The notes: a model not told the origin generated them from the sequence alone. Shown: positions 14,643-27,745, counted from the first letter of the stretch. The stretch is 64,000 nucleotides of DNA from Lama glama (GCA_028534125.1 CM052817.1:49478001-49542000); one strand, 5' to 3'. Numbers and translations: made by a program.

Positions 14643-14984
14643 TCAGCTTTCAGTAAACTATGGCCCAAGGGACAAATCTGGCCCACCACCTGTTTTTATA
14701 AATTAATTGAGCTAAGACTGATTTTTATACTTTGTAAATGGTTGAAACAAATCAAAAGAAGAAAAATATTTTATGACAAGTGAAACTTATACAAAATGTC
14801 AATTTCAGTGTACACAAAGTAAGTTTTTTTTGGAACACAGCCCTGCTCATTTCTGAGTGTACTGTCTGCGGCTGCTTTGGTGCTACGCAGAGCTGAGTAT
14901 GGTAGTTGCAGCATGGAGTGTGTGGTCCAGAAAACTGAAAATAGTTACTATCTTGACCTTCACAGAAACGTTTGCTGATCTCTG
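14643..14984. mobile_element. MER58-like hAT-Charlie DNA transposon
   Basis: aaactatggccc…aaatctggcccaccacctgtttttataaat at one end and tttgctgatctctg at the other. Confidence 0.7.
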
Positions 14985-17095
14985 GCTGAAATGGTTGACA
15001 ATAATGAAATAGTTGATAGTAATGGAATTACCAGCTTTATTGATATTGTGTACATGCTCATTCAGAACAGCTCAGCCAGACTGAGCTGGGGAAACAGAAC
15101 TAAACATCAGTGCTGATGTTTACATTACAGAGAATGGGCAACGAGTTGGAGATGCGCTATTAATCAGTGCATAGCGGTGGTGTCAGGTAGGCATTTGTTC
15201 CGGTAAACTTTTCTTTGAAGCACTATGAGCCTTGACTTACGGCTCTCCAGTGCTTATCAGAAGGTTTGTTTGTGTTGGTACCTTTTCTCCCCCTCACCTT
15301 TTTGTTGTTGTTGCTGCTGCTGCTTTTCTTTTTTAGTACTATTCTAAAAACAGCGCATTAAGAGGTGATCACGATAATGCAATTCTTGACTTGTCTTCTG
15401 GCAATTTGGGGCTGACAAAAATATACCCATATTTTAACTACTATATTCACTGTCTAATCACACATGTCCTCAAATTGAAAAGAAAAATCACAAAAAGAAA
15501 GAAATTTGATACCAGTGAAGCTACTAGAATTCATCCAGCCTGTCTGAAGTTTCAGCCATGAGGAGGTTTGGATAAGTTTCAAAAGGCCCCAATCATGACT
15601 GGGCAAGGGTTTATGTGCAGGAGGGGGTTAGTGACATCAGTGTCTGTTGATATATAAAAAGGATTTATTTCTCCATTTTAATAATTTTTTGAGCACACTC
15701 CTATTACATTTAATTTGGAGCAATTTAATATTGAATCACTTGCTGAGAGAGCAACAAACAAACTAACAAGAAACAGGTCAAATAAGTTTGAAAAGCAATG
15801 TCATATAGACTGGGAAGAAAGAGATCATGTTTCAGATGACAAATACTGCAGTAACATGGTCATTACCTTTATTATTAATAATTAAAATAATAATGATAAT
15901 AATAATAATCCTTACTATTTGTACAATGATTTTCTACCTGGGAGTGCAAAGCAATAAAATACTCGATCATTTTTACCTCTATAGAGCTAGGAAGGGTCTG
16001 GGATTCTTATCCTTGCTTTTCATATGGAGAAAGTAAGAGAGAGAATTGAATCTGCTAGTACCATACTATACAATAAATAAGTTGGTGGCCAGAGTCAGAA
16101 ACATATTCTCTTGATTATTTATTCAAAGTGTTTTTAATGGATTGTCTTTTCCTTTATTCCATGCTATTGGTCTTATCTTCTTCAAAGCCACCAAAGACAG
16201 AGCATCACTAAAATCATTATGAAAGGTGGGAGACAGGAAAAGAAGACAGGAGTACCTTGGCGAAGATGGTGATAGGAGCTCCATGAAAGGACAATCCTCC
16301 TTGTTATTTCTCTCCTCTCTCATTTAATTCAAAAGCCATGATATTTCTTGTTAAAAAAAAATCCACCAGAACACACACACAAAAATCCAGCAAAACACAA
16401 AAAGTATACAAATTAAAGTGTCTCCTGTTATTCTGCTTCTTACTGCTAATATTTTTGTGTCTTTCTATATATTTTGCTATGCACACACATATGTAGTTTT
16501 ATTATTTGCAACAAGTGCAACATAGAATGCATATTATTCTTCAACATTTTTTTCACTAAAATGCATCTTTTACCTTTTGCATGTTAATACATGTAGCTCC
16601 ACCTCATCAATTTAATGGCTGCACTGTTTTAATTTTGTCTTGATTAAAAATTATGGTAGAACAAAAAGAACTTCTGTTTTATATGTCACAATTCTACATA
16701 GCAATCATGTGCTTTTGACTATTAGATCATGTTTCCTATAATTACAAATTCATATTCTTCATCTGGCGTGTACTGACATTAGTTGAGAAGCCCTACCTCC
16801 CCATATTCCTTCAAAGTTTTGCTTATGTCTGCTATAGGCATCTCCTTTCTTCTCCAACAAGTGAATAATAAGCATTCAGGGATGAAGAAATAGGAATCAA
16901 CTTATAGTCTTCTTAGACATGTTTGCACATAAAAAATGTACAGAAGAGAAAGGGAGAAGTCTTTTTATATTACAGTAATTCTAGGAACAGGTGTTTGGAA
17001 TCCCACTCAAGGGAGAACTAGAGATGAAAGAGATTGGGGAGAAGATGAAGTTTCCTTGGCTACAGCCCCATGGGAAAATCTCAGGAATAAGGGAG

Positions 17096-17118
17096 CAAAA
17101 AAAAAAAAAAAAAAAAAA
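17096..17118 (+). mobile_element. Poly(A)-only retro-insertion with 13-bp TSD
   Basis: aggaataagggag at 17083-17095 and 17119-17131 flanks C plus 22 A. Confidence 0.8.
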
Positions 17119-18494
17119 AGGAATAAGGGAGGAGACCAAGTAGAATCCTTGGAGTCTTCCACTACATTCCAGTGACTTCAGCAGGGGCAGGGGCAGGGGC
17201 ATGTAGCGATGATTCGGCTGACTTCTGCGATAGTTCCCACAGAACAGGACATTGAGGCAGAGCCAGGATGTGATGATGGTGGGCCAGGGACCACAGTGAT
17301 AATCCCACTTTCTGGTCCTACAACACCAGGAAACAGAGTCCCCTTGACTTCTGTAAGCAAAAATTATTCATTGCAAAATGCTTCACAGTTTTCCAAGAGG
17401 TTTTCACATTCATGATCTCATTCTGGATTCCACAGTCAACAACGCCCTTTAGACAGAACTGGTAGCCTGGCCCTTATTGACAGATGGAGGAACATAGTTC
17501 AGAGTCTAAATAATTTGTCCAAGCTGGTAAGGAAAGAGCTGGATTCAGAATTCTCTTTATTCTGATTCCATTTCCAGTTCTCCCCAGGATAATATTACCC
17601 TTTCCCCCAGTTCTCATGTACAAGATAGCACTCTTAAGAATATATGCCATTGATTTAACCAGCATGATAAATACCTCAAGAAATTTAAAATAACAGCATC
17701 GTACTTCACCAACTTGGCCAACTGTTGACTTATTTCATTTTCTCGAAGAGGGTTTGCTTAACAATTATTATAACCAAAGGGAACAGCAACTTTGCTAATC
17801 AATCAAAAACCAGGTTGATCAGCATTTTTTTAGTAACATTTATTTCTGAAAGCAGAACCGATGAGAGAGGTTGAAGAAGAGATTTCCTGCAGCATTGTTG
17901 AAGTTTAGCTCTCTCAGGTTCTTAAAAGATATCTCAGGTTATCACTTGCATGTAGCCTTTAAGTCTGTTTGAAAATAAATCAGAAAACTACAAGGAAAAT
18001 AGAATTAGAAACCCTGCCTGGAACAGCTGGTATGGTTCAAACTGTAATACATATCATAGGCCACTTAAGATTCTAGGGTGAAAGCAGACTTGAAACATTT
18101 TTGTAGCTCCTGCAGTGCCTAACTCAGTATCTTGCACACGATCAGCTCAGTAAATCATAGCTAACATAGCGCTTTCTACATGCTAGGTACTGTTGGAGGC
18201 ACTTTACATATAGTAAGTCATTTAATCCTTGCAACAATCCTATGAGATAGGTATTATCTTCATTTTATGAACGAGGAAACTGATGCATAGAGAAGTCAAA
18301 TTACTTGCCTAAAGTCAGGCGACCAGAGCCAGAAACGGCCTTAGAAGCCCTGATTAGGCTGCGTTCTAAAACCAAACAGTCCTCTTCCACCTAACTGAGT
18401 GTCCCGCATTCATTCCCCAGGAATATCTGCTTTACCTAAGGAGCAGATGCAGTGTGCAATGTAACATAATCCATCTATTTGCTTTCTTTCTCAG

Positions 18495-18619
18495 GCTGTC
18501 AGTGGTGAAGGTCAGGAGGAGAGCTTGTTTGGAGCCCTCGATTATTGTCCTCATCATCTTTCTCTCCCTAATTGTCCTGACAGTGTGCACTGGACTCACT
18601 TTTCCTTATGTGAGATACA
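18495..18619 (+). CDS. TMPRSS11E: TMPRSS11E-type exon 2: cytoplasmic tail and signal-anchor TM (LSVVKVRRRACLEPSIIVLIIFLSLIVLTVCTGLTFPYVRY)
   Basis: Acceptor tttctcag, donor gtaagt, 125 bp. The translation is collinear with the DESC1 N-terminus, with basic residues before a hydrophobic stretch. Confidence 0.95.
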
Positions 18620-19892
18620 GTAAGTAGGGGCTGCCCTGGCAGACTGCAATTTACCTCAGATATTTCCTGATGTACATTCCTGTTTTGATTTGTTTCAAGC
18701 TTATTCATTCATTTCTGTATCTCATTTGCATAGCTAGTGCAAAGAATTCTTTACCTGCCTTGTCAATCGTTTAATCTTCACAAACCAAGGAGGAGTCTTT
18801 CTTCCATCTTTGATGAACCAATGCCTCCTGCTGGGAATAGCAGGCTAGTATTTATATTCCATAATAAGCAATAATCGAGCCTTAATTAAGGGAAGACCAT
18901 AGGAAAGCTAGAGTCCAATGTTTTGTGTTATTGGAGGTCATAAGGCAATCACCTTGATTTAAAATAATAACTACAACTCATTGAAAATCCTGATAGCCCA
19001 ATAAATTGTACAATCAGAGATCTTAGAGAAGTAGGCCCTATACTGTACTAGCAAGCTGGAAAAAGGCTCAAAGTGATATATTGTTGAATAAATGCCTACT
19101 TCTGTTATTTTAAAATCATCTTGGGATATATTGCAAGTAATTAAAGAGGATGAGATATGCTGAGAAGGTTAATTATAAAGAGGTTCAGTCTGTGGTAATC
19201 GGGTACCTCCCTGCTAGATGAACTGTGAACACTGCTATGTCATTAGAAAGGTCCCCGGGGTACTTCAGAACTATTCTTCCAGGCATAACAACCCTTCTGA
19301 AGTTTCCTGCTAGTTGCCTCAGGTTTTAATGAGTTGACTCCACTTTGACCTATTGGTTTAATATCTCCCTTAGAGACTAGATAATGCTTTGATGTTCAAG
19401 ATCCTCTAAGTGAAAAACGTAATCACTTGATTCTAATTTAATTGGGAATGTACAGGAAGTTGTTTTTCTATAAAGAGAAATGGCAATTGTAAATTGGTTA
19501 TCTTCTTCTGCTAGCAGACATAAATCCAATCTTAATTTCCTAAATAAGGTAGATTATTTCTGGGTAGTTTAAAGAAAAAAATATTCAAAAGTCATTTTTT
19601 TTCCTGGTAGAATTTGCCCACACGTAGGTCTTTGAATTTGGAGTATGTGCATTTTGGTCATTTCTCTGGTACGTGTTTTTAATATAAGAAGAATAGCTAA
19701 AATAACTTCACAATTCTATAGTTCTGTTCGGGATATACTAAGTCCCATTATGTTATAAGCATCATTATTCATCTCCATGGATGCCTAGAACTATGTTTTA
19801 TGCACTTTTGTATATCTGGAACTTAGCAGGATCCTGGCACATATTAGATACTTAATATTTATTGAATATTGAGTGATAAAAATGAATGAATC

Positions 19893-19940
19893 TGACACAA
19901 CATTGTAAACTGACTATACCTAAATTTTAAAAAAGTTTTA
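19893..19940 (+). mobile_element. 48-bp LINE-1 3' tip with 15-bp TSD
   Basis: TSD aaaaatgaatgaatc at 19878-19892 and 19941-19955; the insert starts tgacacaacattgtaaa, as in the L1 tail near 1603. Confidence 0.82.
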
Positions 19941-21440
19941 AAAAATGAATGAATCACACCTATGATACTTGCTTGGGGCATATTTCGGTTTGTCTGATTT
20001 CACAAGGAATTCCTAGTATGGCGAAGGGGGTCTCATGGCCTCAGTAAGAGGAAATGTTCTTTACTACTTCTCATTTGTCTCTTCCCAATGCTTACAAATC
20101 TTCCTCATATGCATACAATAAAAATCTGGCTAGATTTTTCTAGTAAACTGTTCCTGTATATCCTATTGTTGGGATAATGAGCTGAATAATATGAACATAC
20201 AAACTTCCACTGTCCACACAGCACACCTGAATAAACAGCAATTGTTCTGATATGTGTTACTGTCATATTTGTGACCTGAGCTCTGTTTACAGATGTAACC
20301 TAAGAACAGAGTAGATACAGCACATGAGCATTTAGGAGCTGGCCTGCCTAGATAACCAAACTAAGCCAAACAAATCTGTAATAGAAACACAGATAAAGAT
20401 GGAGGTGATCAGACTTGGAAAAACATCACTTGGGCATAAAGCCCAGGACAGCATAAAACTGTGTATGTGATTTGTGTCCAGTGGCCTTTGGGACTTCATT
20501 TCTGTCCCCTCTGTGATTGGAATGGCAGCAGGTGAATCTATTATGAACAACATCATTGTAGGGTATAGATTCAAAAAGCTGTGAAAGTTATCAGCAAACT
20601 CATGTTTATCCTTGTTTTTCTTACTTTTGTGTTAACATTCTTAATAATATTTTCAACAGCTACACATGCCAAGTAATTCTGACAATTGGGAATATGTTTT
20701 GACACCTAGTGACATGTTTGAGTACAGGAGGGTAGAGGAAAAGCTATGTTGCATTAATTGTTCAGCAGAGCAAAAACATGGGCTGGTTGAACTGGATGCT
20801 AAAAATGGAGACAATGGCTAAAGGAGCGGACAAGCCAATTCCTACGGCTGGTGGGAGAAAATAAATGGAGTGACAAGGGGATCAGGTGAAACTAAGCAGG
20901 GTCCCTAGAGAGTTACGCTGGGTGACAGCTCTAGCTCCCTCAACTTTTATATACTGAACTCCAGCATTCTAATCCCTACCCTCACCTCCTTCTTTAGCCA
21001 AAATAAAAGTTCTTACACTAGCATCCTTGTGGCCAGAATTGGATGTGTAGTTTATAGAACTGGGAGAAATCTACTTTTGAAACATAAAAATGCATTTACT
21101 CTTGGGTAGCTTCTGAATCCATCCCTGTTTGTGTGGCTCAGGTGGAGTGACTTTCTGCTCCTTGTGGCTTATTCAGGAATGGATAACACATGACTAATTA
21201 GCCTACAGGAACACCAAGGATTTCCTATGGCTTTTACACTCAAGATCTTATAACGATGAATGGTGTTGTCTTTTACTCTTAGATGACCATGAAGCTTGGG
21301 GTAGGACGACGGAGATGATGACCTAGGTTAGGAACGATCTTTCCTCTCTCAGTCTGTCTAGCAACTAACAAATGGGGAAATGATGATGCTTACACACATC
21401 TGCTAAAAAGTATGAGGAGTTTTTGTCTCTCTCCTTATAG

Positions 21441-21562
21441 ATCAAAGGAAGATCTACAGTTATTACAGCACATTATCATTTACAAGTGACAAGCTGTATG
21501 ATGATTTTGAAAAAGAGGCTTCTAAAAATTTCACAGAGATGAGCCAGAAAATTGAATCAATG
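21441..21562 (+). CDS. TMPRSS11E: TMPRSS11E-type exon 3: SEA domain start ([41 protein letters not shown])
   Basis: Acceptor ccttatag, donor gtaagc, 122 bp, phase consistent; matches the DESC1 YYSTLSFT…NFTEMSQ motif. Confidence 0.96.
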
Positions 21563-22870
21563 GTAAGCATTTTTTTCCCACTTCAATGGCATTTCTTATC
21601 AATTTTTAGTATAATTTTTAGTACCTTAGCTTCTCAAATTCAACCAATCTCATGTATCTTTGCAAGGTAGGAAGAGGCCCTACTTAAGAGATATAAACAA
21701 AATTGACATGACTTAAAAGAGTATGCCTTGCAGAGCTAAGCCTAGTGAGTGTTAGCCATTCCTTTTTGTCCCTCCTAACTGACCCCTCCTTAGCTAGTGC
21801 TACACTCTTGTTCAACAGAGACCAGAAATTCTGGAAATGTGAGGGTGACCCAAAACATAGTTGTTGTATCCTTTATTTCTTAAAGAAGAAACCTTGAGCA
21901 AAAAGGCCACAAGATTGAAACTATTCAGACACATAGTTGGATAGTATCTTAGTACCCAAAAATATCTAACCTTGGACCAGTTTTTAGTATGTAAGTTTGT
22001 AGGAAATCCTTGGATACTCATCTTTAACCCTAAGGCATCAACATTCAACCTGAGAGATGAATCAATTGTCATAAAAAGTGGGAAAATTAACAGTATAAGC
22101 CAAAAAAGCAAGAGCCTGGGCGATAACTTCTTATCATTGTCAGATTATTTAGAGAACAATTTGGACTCTTCCTGATAGTCTGGGAGGCAGTTAGTGGAAT
22201 GTGTGATGGAAAGCATCCTAAACTGGGAGGTGGGACACCTAGTTCTAGTACCACCTATTAGCTAGTGACATGTCTTTTGACACATCTCTTTATCATCTGG
22301 AAAGACTCCCTTGTGTGAAAATTAAGGAGTTAGACTAGATAATTTCCAAATTGTCTTCCAGTTCCAATATCCTGAGTGCGAACAGAATGGCAATGATTCA
22401 CCTGAATCTGCCTGGTAGACTCAGAAGCCTGAGAATTTGAATACTTTGCTCAGGTCAAATCTTGGTTGTTTCTGTACTTGTAAACACCAACTCAGGGAAA
22501 TATTGAATAAACTCTTCTTAAGGAATCAACAAAATGTAAGACAAAAATAAAAGGGTTCAGTGGTTTTATCCATCAATCACTAGCTTGTAGTAACCAGCTT
22601 GTGTTTGGCAAATATCCATACAGTGAAAAAAGAAACACTTGACATGTTTACCTTGACTCCTAATTTAAAAATGTAAGTTGGCTGGAGTTCTTATTTGTAG
22701 TAGTAAGAAACATCTCTACAAAATACATTCTTTTACTCTATTAGAGTACACCTCATAGGAAGTATTCCAGTTCACCTGGGCCTTCCTCAGAGCATTTTGA
22801 GTGGTGAACTGAGGGCAGATTTTGACAGGATATTTGGTAACTTTTTCAACAGGTTTGAGAGCCACGTGAC

Positions 22871-22943
22871 ACTAACCAAGCCTAACCCTGCTTAGCTTGT
22901 GAGCTCAGATGAGATAGTGTGTTTACAGTGGTGTGGCAGTAGA
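22871..22943 (-). pseudogene. 3'-truncated 5S rRNA pseudogene in intron 3
   Basis: The reverse complement tctactgccacaccactgtaaacacactatctcatctgagctcacaagctaagcagggttaggcttggttagt aligns with the first ~76 nt of vertebrate 5S rRNA, with CpG decay. Confidence 0.88.
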
Positions 22944-23294
22944 TTGACTTATTTCTGTGACCCACTACTTGCCAGAGTTATTTCATTTCCTTTAGTCTAC
23001 CTACAGAAAAAGTCTGTATCTCAGGGTGTGAACTCTCACTTTTCCCCAAACCATCTCTTTCTGAGTATAGTGCAGCAGATGTCACTCCTAGCCCTCTGCT
23101 ATGATTCCCTAGCAGAGTTCAGCTGAAATCACTGAGTAGAATACAAAGAAAAGATTTCTCAAAATTCCTCAAGTTCAGCACATTGTGAAATGTCAGTCAA
23201 TGTGTTTTGTTTTTAAAATGTTTTTAAGCGTGGAAAAAAATTGCAGAATTTCAGAAAATTAATCTTACTGACATTTTGAATATTTTTGGAACAG

Positions 23295-23362
23295 GTGAAA
23301 AATATGTTTCATAAATCTTCACTGAGGGACAAATTTGTTAAGTCTCACATTATCAGGTTCAG
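23295..23362 (+). CDS. TMPRSS11E: TMPRSS11E-type exon 4: SEA (VKNMFHKSSLRDKFVKSHIIRFS)
   Basis: Acceptor aacag, donor gtatgt, 68 bp, phase consistent. Confidence 0.95.
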
Positions 23363-26300
23363 GTATGTAGATCTAAAATTCTGACTTCTGAATATAATTT
23401 AAAGCTAAGGCTATTAACCTGGTTAGTAATAAATACTGCTTGAAGTGTCAATGATACGATATAATTTAGTTCAACAGATATTCATTTGGTACCTGTCCTG
23501 TGTAAGTTATGGGTTACAATGTGCCTTATTCATTGTTCAAATCCAAAAAAAAAAAAAAAGCATTTGCAAGATGCTTTCGAGGGACAGAAGTGTTATTGGT
23601 GGCTATGTTGTGGAATTATTATCATTATTTTTTGGAAACTCAAATTAGCGCAGGCACCTGAACTACATCTCTTGGTCTAATAGCAAATAATGCCCTGTGT
23701 AAACCTGTGCAGTGATGAGGTTTTTCTTCTCCTCTTGGCTCTCCAGCTTACCAATTTTCTTTCTTTTCTTCCATTCCACCCGTTTCTGCTACATATATTT
23801 AGGCTCTCAGGTCTGATAATCATCAACCAACAATAAATAGAAGTTCAGAACATACTACTTTAAGCAAAATACTATTTAAGAATCTTAAATAATACATTCT
23901 TAATAAAAATTATTTTTATTTTTCAAAAATAAAATAAGAGCTATTTCCAATATTATTTCCGTGATAAAAACTCCAAGTTACTTCTCAGTCTATTACTTAG
24001 CTGACATCTCTGAGGTGTTACTTTGACCAGTTTCTCCCAATATTTCCATACTTTCTAATGTTTAAAATATTATTTCTTGGGTATGTATCTGTTTCTTCAC
24101 TTCTTAAATTTTTACTCTCTCAAAGGTAAAAAATTCATCCACGCACCTGGCTTCACATGCTTTTGAAATCCAAGTTTCTCTTTCCAATCTAAACTGTCTT
24201 CCTGATTTCTAGACCTATATGCCTGCTAGTCACATCTCCACATGGAGGTTTCACAGAAAGTTCTCAAACGCAGGGAAAACTTAGTCACACTAATGAGAAA
24301 CCTAGAAGTCATATGATGACTTTGTATACACTTTGTGAATAATTAAATTCTACCTATTCTATCTTCCAAATCATTTTCTAATTTATTTTACTCTTCATCC
24401 CAGAAATCTTGCTAGTTATTAAGTCTTTCTTCTCTTACTACAGTTTGAGGAAGTGCAAGTTTGTTGCAAAGATAAAGTCAGTCTTAGAGTTGCTGAGTTG
24501 AGATACTTAGGGACCAGATAAGCCTGAAATATAAGTCTGATGTAGGGGAGGAAAAGGGAACTGAGCTGAAGACAGACATTTGCTTATCATCAACTAAGTA
24601 TTGGGAAGTGTGGGTGTAAACATAACTTTTCAGAAAAGGGTGATGAAAGAAAAAGGACGATGAAGAAAGCTTGAAGAACAATATTTAAGGAGATGGAAGG
24701 AAACAGAAACTTAGGAAATAGAGGAGAAGCAGAAGAAAGAAGAATAGAGAGAGAGAGAGAGGTTCTGCTGGTGCTTAAGACAGAGTTTCAGGGAGGGGGT
24801 GGTAAGCATTGACAATACTCCCCAGAGACCAAGTAAAATGACTAGAAAGAATTCACTGGCTCTGTCAATGAGGAAGTCATTAGTGTTTAGGTAGAGAGCA
24901 ACACAGTGGAACAGAAGGGGAGGAAGCCGACTGCAATGAAGTAAATATGAGGCAGAATGTAACTTACCCATTTAAGAAGGTTTTCTGTGATATGAAGGTG
25001 AAAGATAAATTGTATAGCTGGAGCAGAGGGAGGGTTTTGGTTTTTTTGTTTGTTTGTTTGCTCCTATTACTCAGCCAGTATGGGAATAGTTTAAGAGAAA
25101 GAAGAAAGAATAAATAATGGAGGTACAGGGTTGCTGAGGCTGTGAAGAGGGATGAGATAGATAACAATAATCTTTTTAAAGCCCTATTTGTTTCTTTTTT
25201 CAGATTACAAAAGTAATACAAAATTACATAAAATTCAAAAATACTATTACATAAAACAGAAAGCAAAAGCCTCCTCTCCAGTAATTTCACACCCAGAAAT
25301 AACACATCTTGTTAACAATTTGTTGTTAATATTTTTTCAATGACTGCATATAGATCTATTTCATTCTTTAGCTGGTTGTATAGTGTATATCAGGGTTTCA
25401 CTCTCAGAATATGTCAGGGTTGATTTAGCCAAAGCTCTTTTGATGGACACTTGGGTTGCTACATATTTTTCTGATTTAAAAACAAGGTTATGATGAACAT
25501 GTAAGTACGTATCTCCCTGCACACACAAGAGTGTATTTAAAGATTAAATTTCTAAAAGTAGAAATGCTGTATCAGAGAGGATAGATAATCAAACTTATAA
25601 ACAAAACTGCCTTCCAAAGATACATAAGAGATAATTTCCTAAAAAAAAAAAAGTAAAGTCTGGTTGAGCAACTACTACACATTGGGCAGATGAAAAAGAA
25701 AACCACATTGAAGAGGGTTGGAGAAACTGGGATCCAGTCTTGCCATAAGCCTCACCCCAGCACACCAGGAAAAAAACCTCAAACCCCAGGGTTCTCTCCA
25801 ATGGGCAAAGAGTTTGAAACCCATGAGGAGGCACCACAACTTCTACCACCTGCACTTGAGAGATGAGCCTCTAAAACATCTAACTTTGAAAACCAATGGA
25901 ATTCAAGTTCTGAGACCCACAAGATTGTAGCTGTTGAGGAGGTGGCTCTTAATGGGCCAATGCCTCGGACTCACCTACCTCAGGGCTTAGCCCAGAGGCT
26001 GCCAATTGCACCCAGACTAAAAGGGAACTGACTGTATGTGAATAGGAAAGGTAGAGTAGCCGACAGAGAATGAGAAAGAGTAATCAAAGATGATTTCAAA
26101 GTAGTAATTCATTCAAATAATGCTAAGGCTAATTAATGCTCTATCTTGAAAATACAATCACATGAAGTCAAGACAATTTGACTAAGCTTTCTAATATCGT
26201 TAGGGTTAGGAGTTGTTTAGGCGACCTGAAGTTTGCTTAGGAGAAATCACTGGATTTATACCCCTGAGGATTAAGCCTGAAAGCCAAAGCCAGAGCTGAC

Positions 26301-26648
26301 TTTATACTGACTATATATTGTACTTTATAATTCTGTGTGATTGACAAGAGAATTGCCTTTTTATATTAGTAATCCATGTACTTAACTAGATCCTTTGGTG
26401 GTTAGGGAGACCATAAGCATATCAGCTATCAGAGAGGCTGAGATGGGAGTTCTATATGTGGTAAACAATAGGAATATAGAAGAAAACAAACTGGAAGTTT
26501 TAAAATTGCATTTATGGATTTGTTTTTGTGTGAATGTGTTTCAAATGAATGATAAAAATAATGCAGTGTGATATTACCATAAATCTCATTATGAATTATA
26601 CCTTTTAAAACCACATTTTTATTTCTTTATTTATTTTTCGGCCCACAG

Positions 26649-26812
26649 TCACAGGGAACATAGAGTGTTGGCTCATATACTGCTGATTTTTAGATTTCGC
26701 TCTACTGAGGATCCTGAAACCACAAATATAATTATCCAGCATGTTCTACATGAAAAGCTGCAAGATGCTGTAGGATCCCCTAACTTAAATCTTGAGTTAT
26801 TTGTACTTAAAA
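26649..26812 (+). CDS. TMPRSS11E: TMPRSS11E-type exon 5: SEA ([54 protein letters not shown])
   Basis: Acceptor cccacag, donor gtaagt, 164 bp; overlaps ORF 26665..26859; STEDPET and [11 protein letters not shown] match DESC1. Confidence 0.96.
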
Positions 26813-27444
26813 GTAAGTTTATTTCCTCTTATTTAGTTCAATTCTCTTACATACAATAGCTCCAGGAAAAGTTTGGGCATTGATTTTAAAAAATTGTGCT
26901 TTGGATGTCTTTTATTATGGAGTCTTGCCTCCAGCAGAACATTTCTTTGTGACTAAGTTGGTCCAAAGGAAGTTTAAAAATTTTTAATACCACCCTAAAC
27001 TTATGCCACCCATGCAAGTCTATCAGTAACTCCTGAGCCTGGGTTCTTTGTCTACGTTGGGTTTTTCACTTTAGCTATAGAATCCAGTGATAAATGGGAG
27101 AAAGCTTCTTTGTATATTTATCCTTCTTTTTCTTGTTGCTGACATTTTATGTCCTGTGAGTATGATGTGTTGAAAGGTTCATGCCAGCCACATATTTGCT
27201 TTCAAATGTCATTAATATACCTTGTTGCCTGCTTCCAGGTTACCAATGAAAAGTTTATAATTTATTTTTTGATATAACTTATTTTTGGTATGTTTTACAA
27301 CTAATTTGTAAAGTCTGATAATTTTGTGTGGTTGGTGTACTTGTTTTTTTTGTCAGGGCAGGGGGACAAAATAAGCAGTGTTAGATCTTCATGACTAGAA
27401 AGTAAGGAACATAGGCGATCCTTAGTGGAAATAAAAACAAGCTA

Positions 27445-27745
27445 GTCTGTAGAAATACTATGCCTGCTACATGTGCTATCTTAAATTTTCTTGTAGCCAC
27501 ATTAAAAAAAGTAAAAATAAACATGTGAAATACATTTAAATACCTTACACATTTAACACAATATATCCAAATTAGTACTATTCCAACAAGTAGTCCATGT
27601 AAATATTATTCGTGAGTATTTTTTGTACTAAGGCTTTGAAATCAAGTGTATATTTTATATTTATAGCACATTCCAATTTAGCCACATTTCAAGAGCTCAC
27701 TGGGCACATGTGGCTAGGGAATACAATATTTGAAATGTCAGCACT
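27445..27745. mobile_element. MER33/MER3-like hAT-Charlie element
   Basis: ttaaattttcttgtagccacattaaaaaaagtaaaa and tagccacatttcaagagctc…catgtggctag motifs. Confidence 0.65.

Noticed and set aside
17182..17200. (GGGGCA)3 as a G-quadruplex
   Set aside because: Only three G-tracts are close together.
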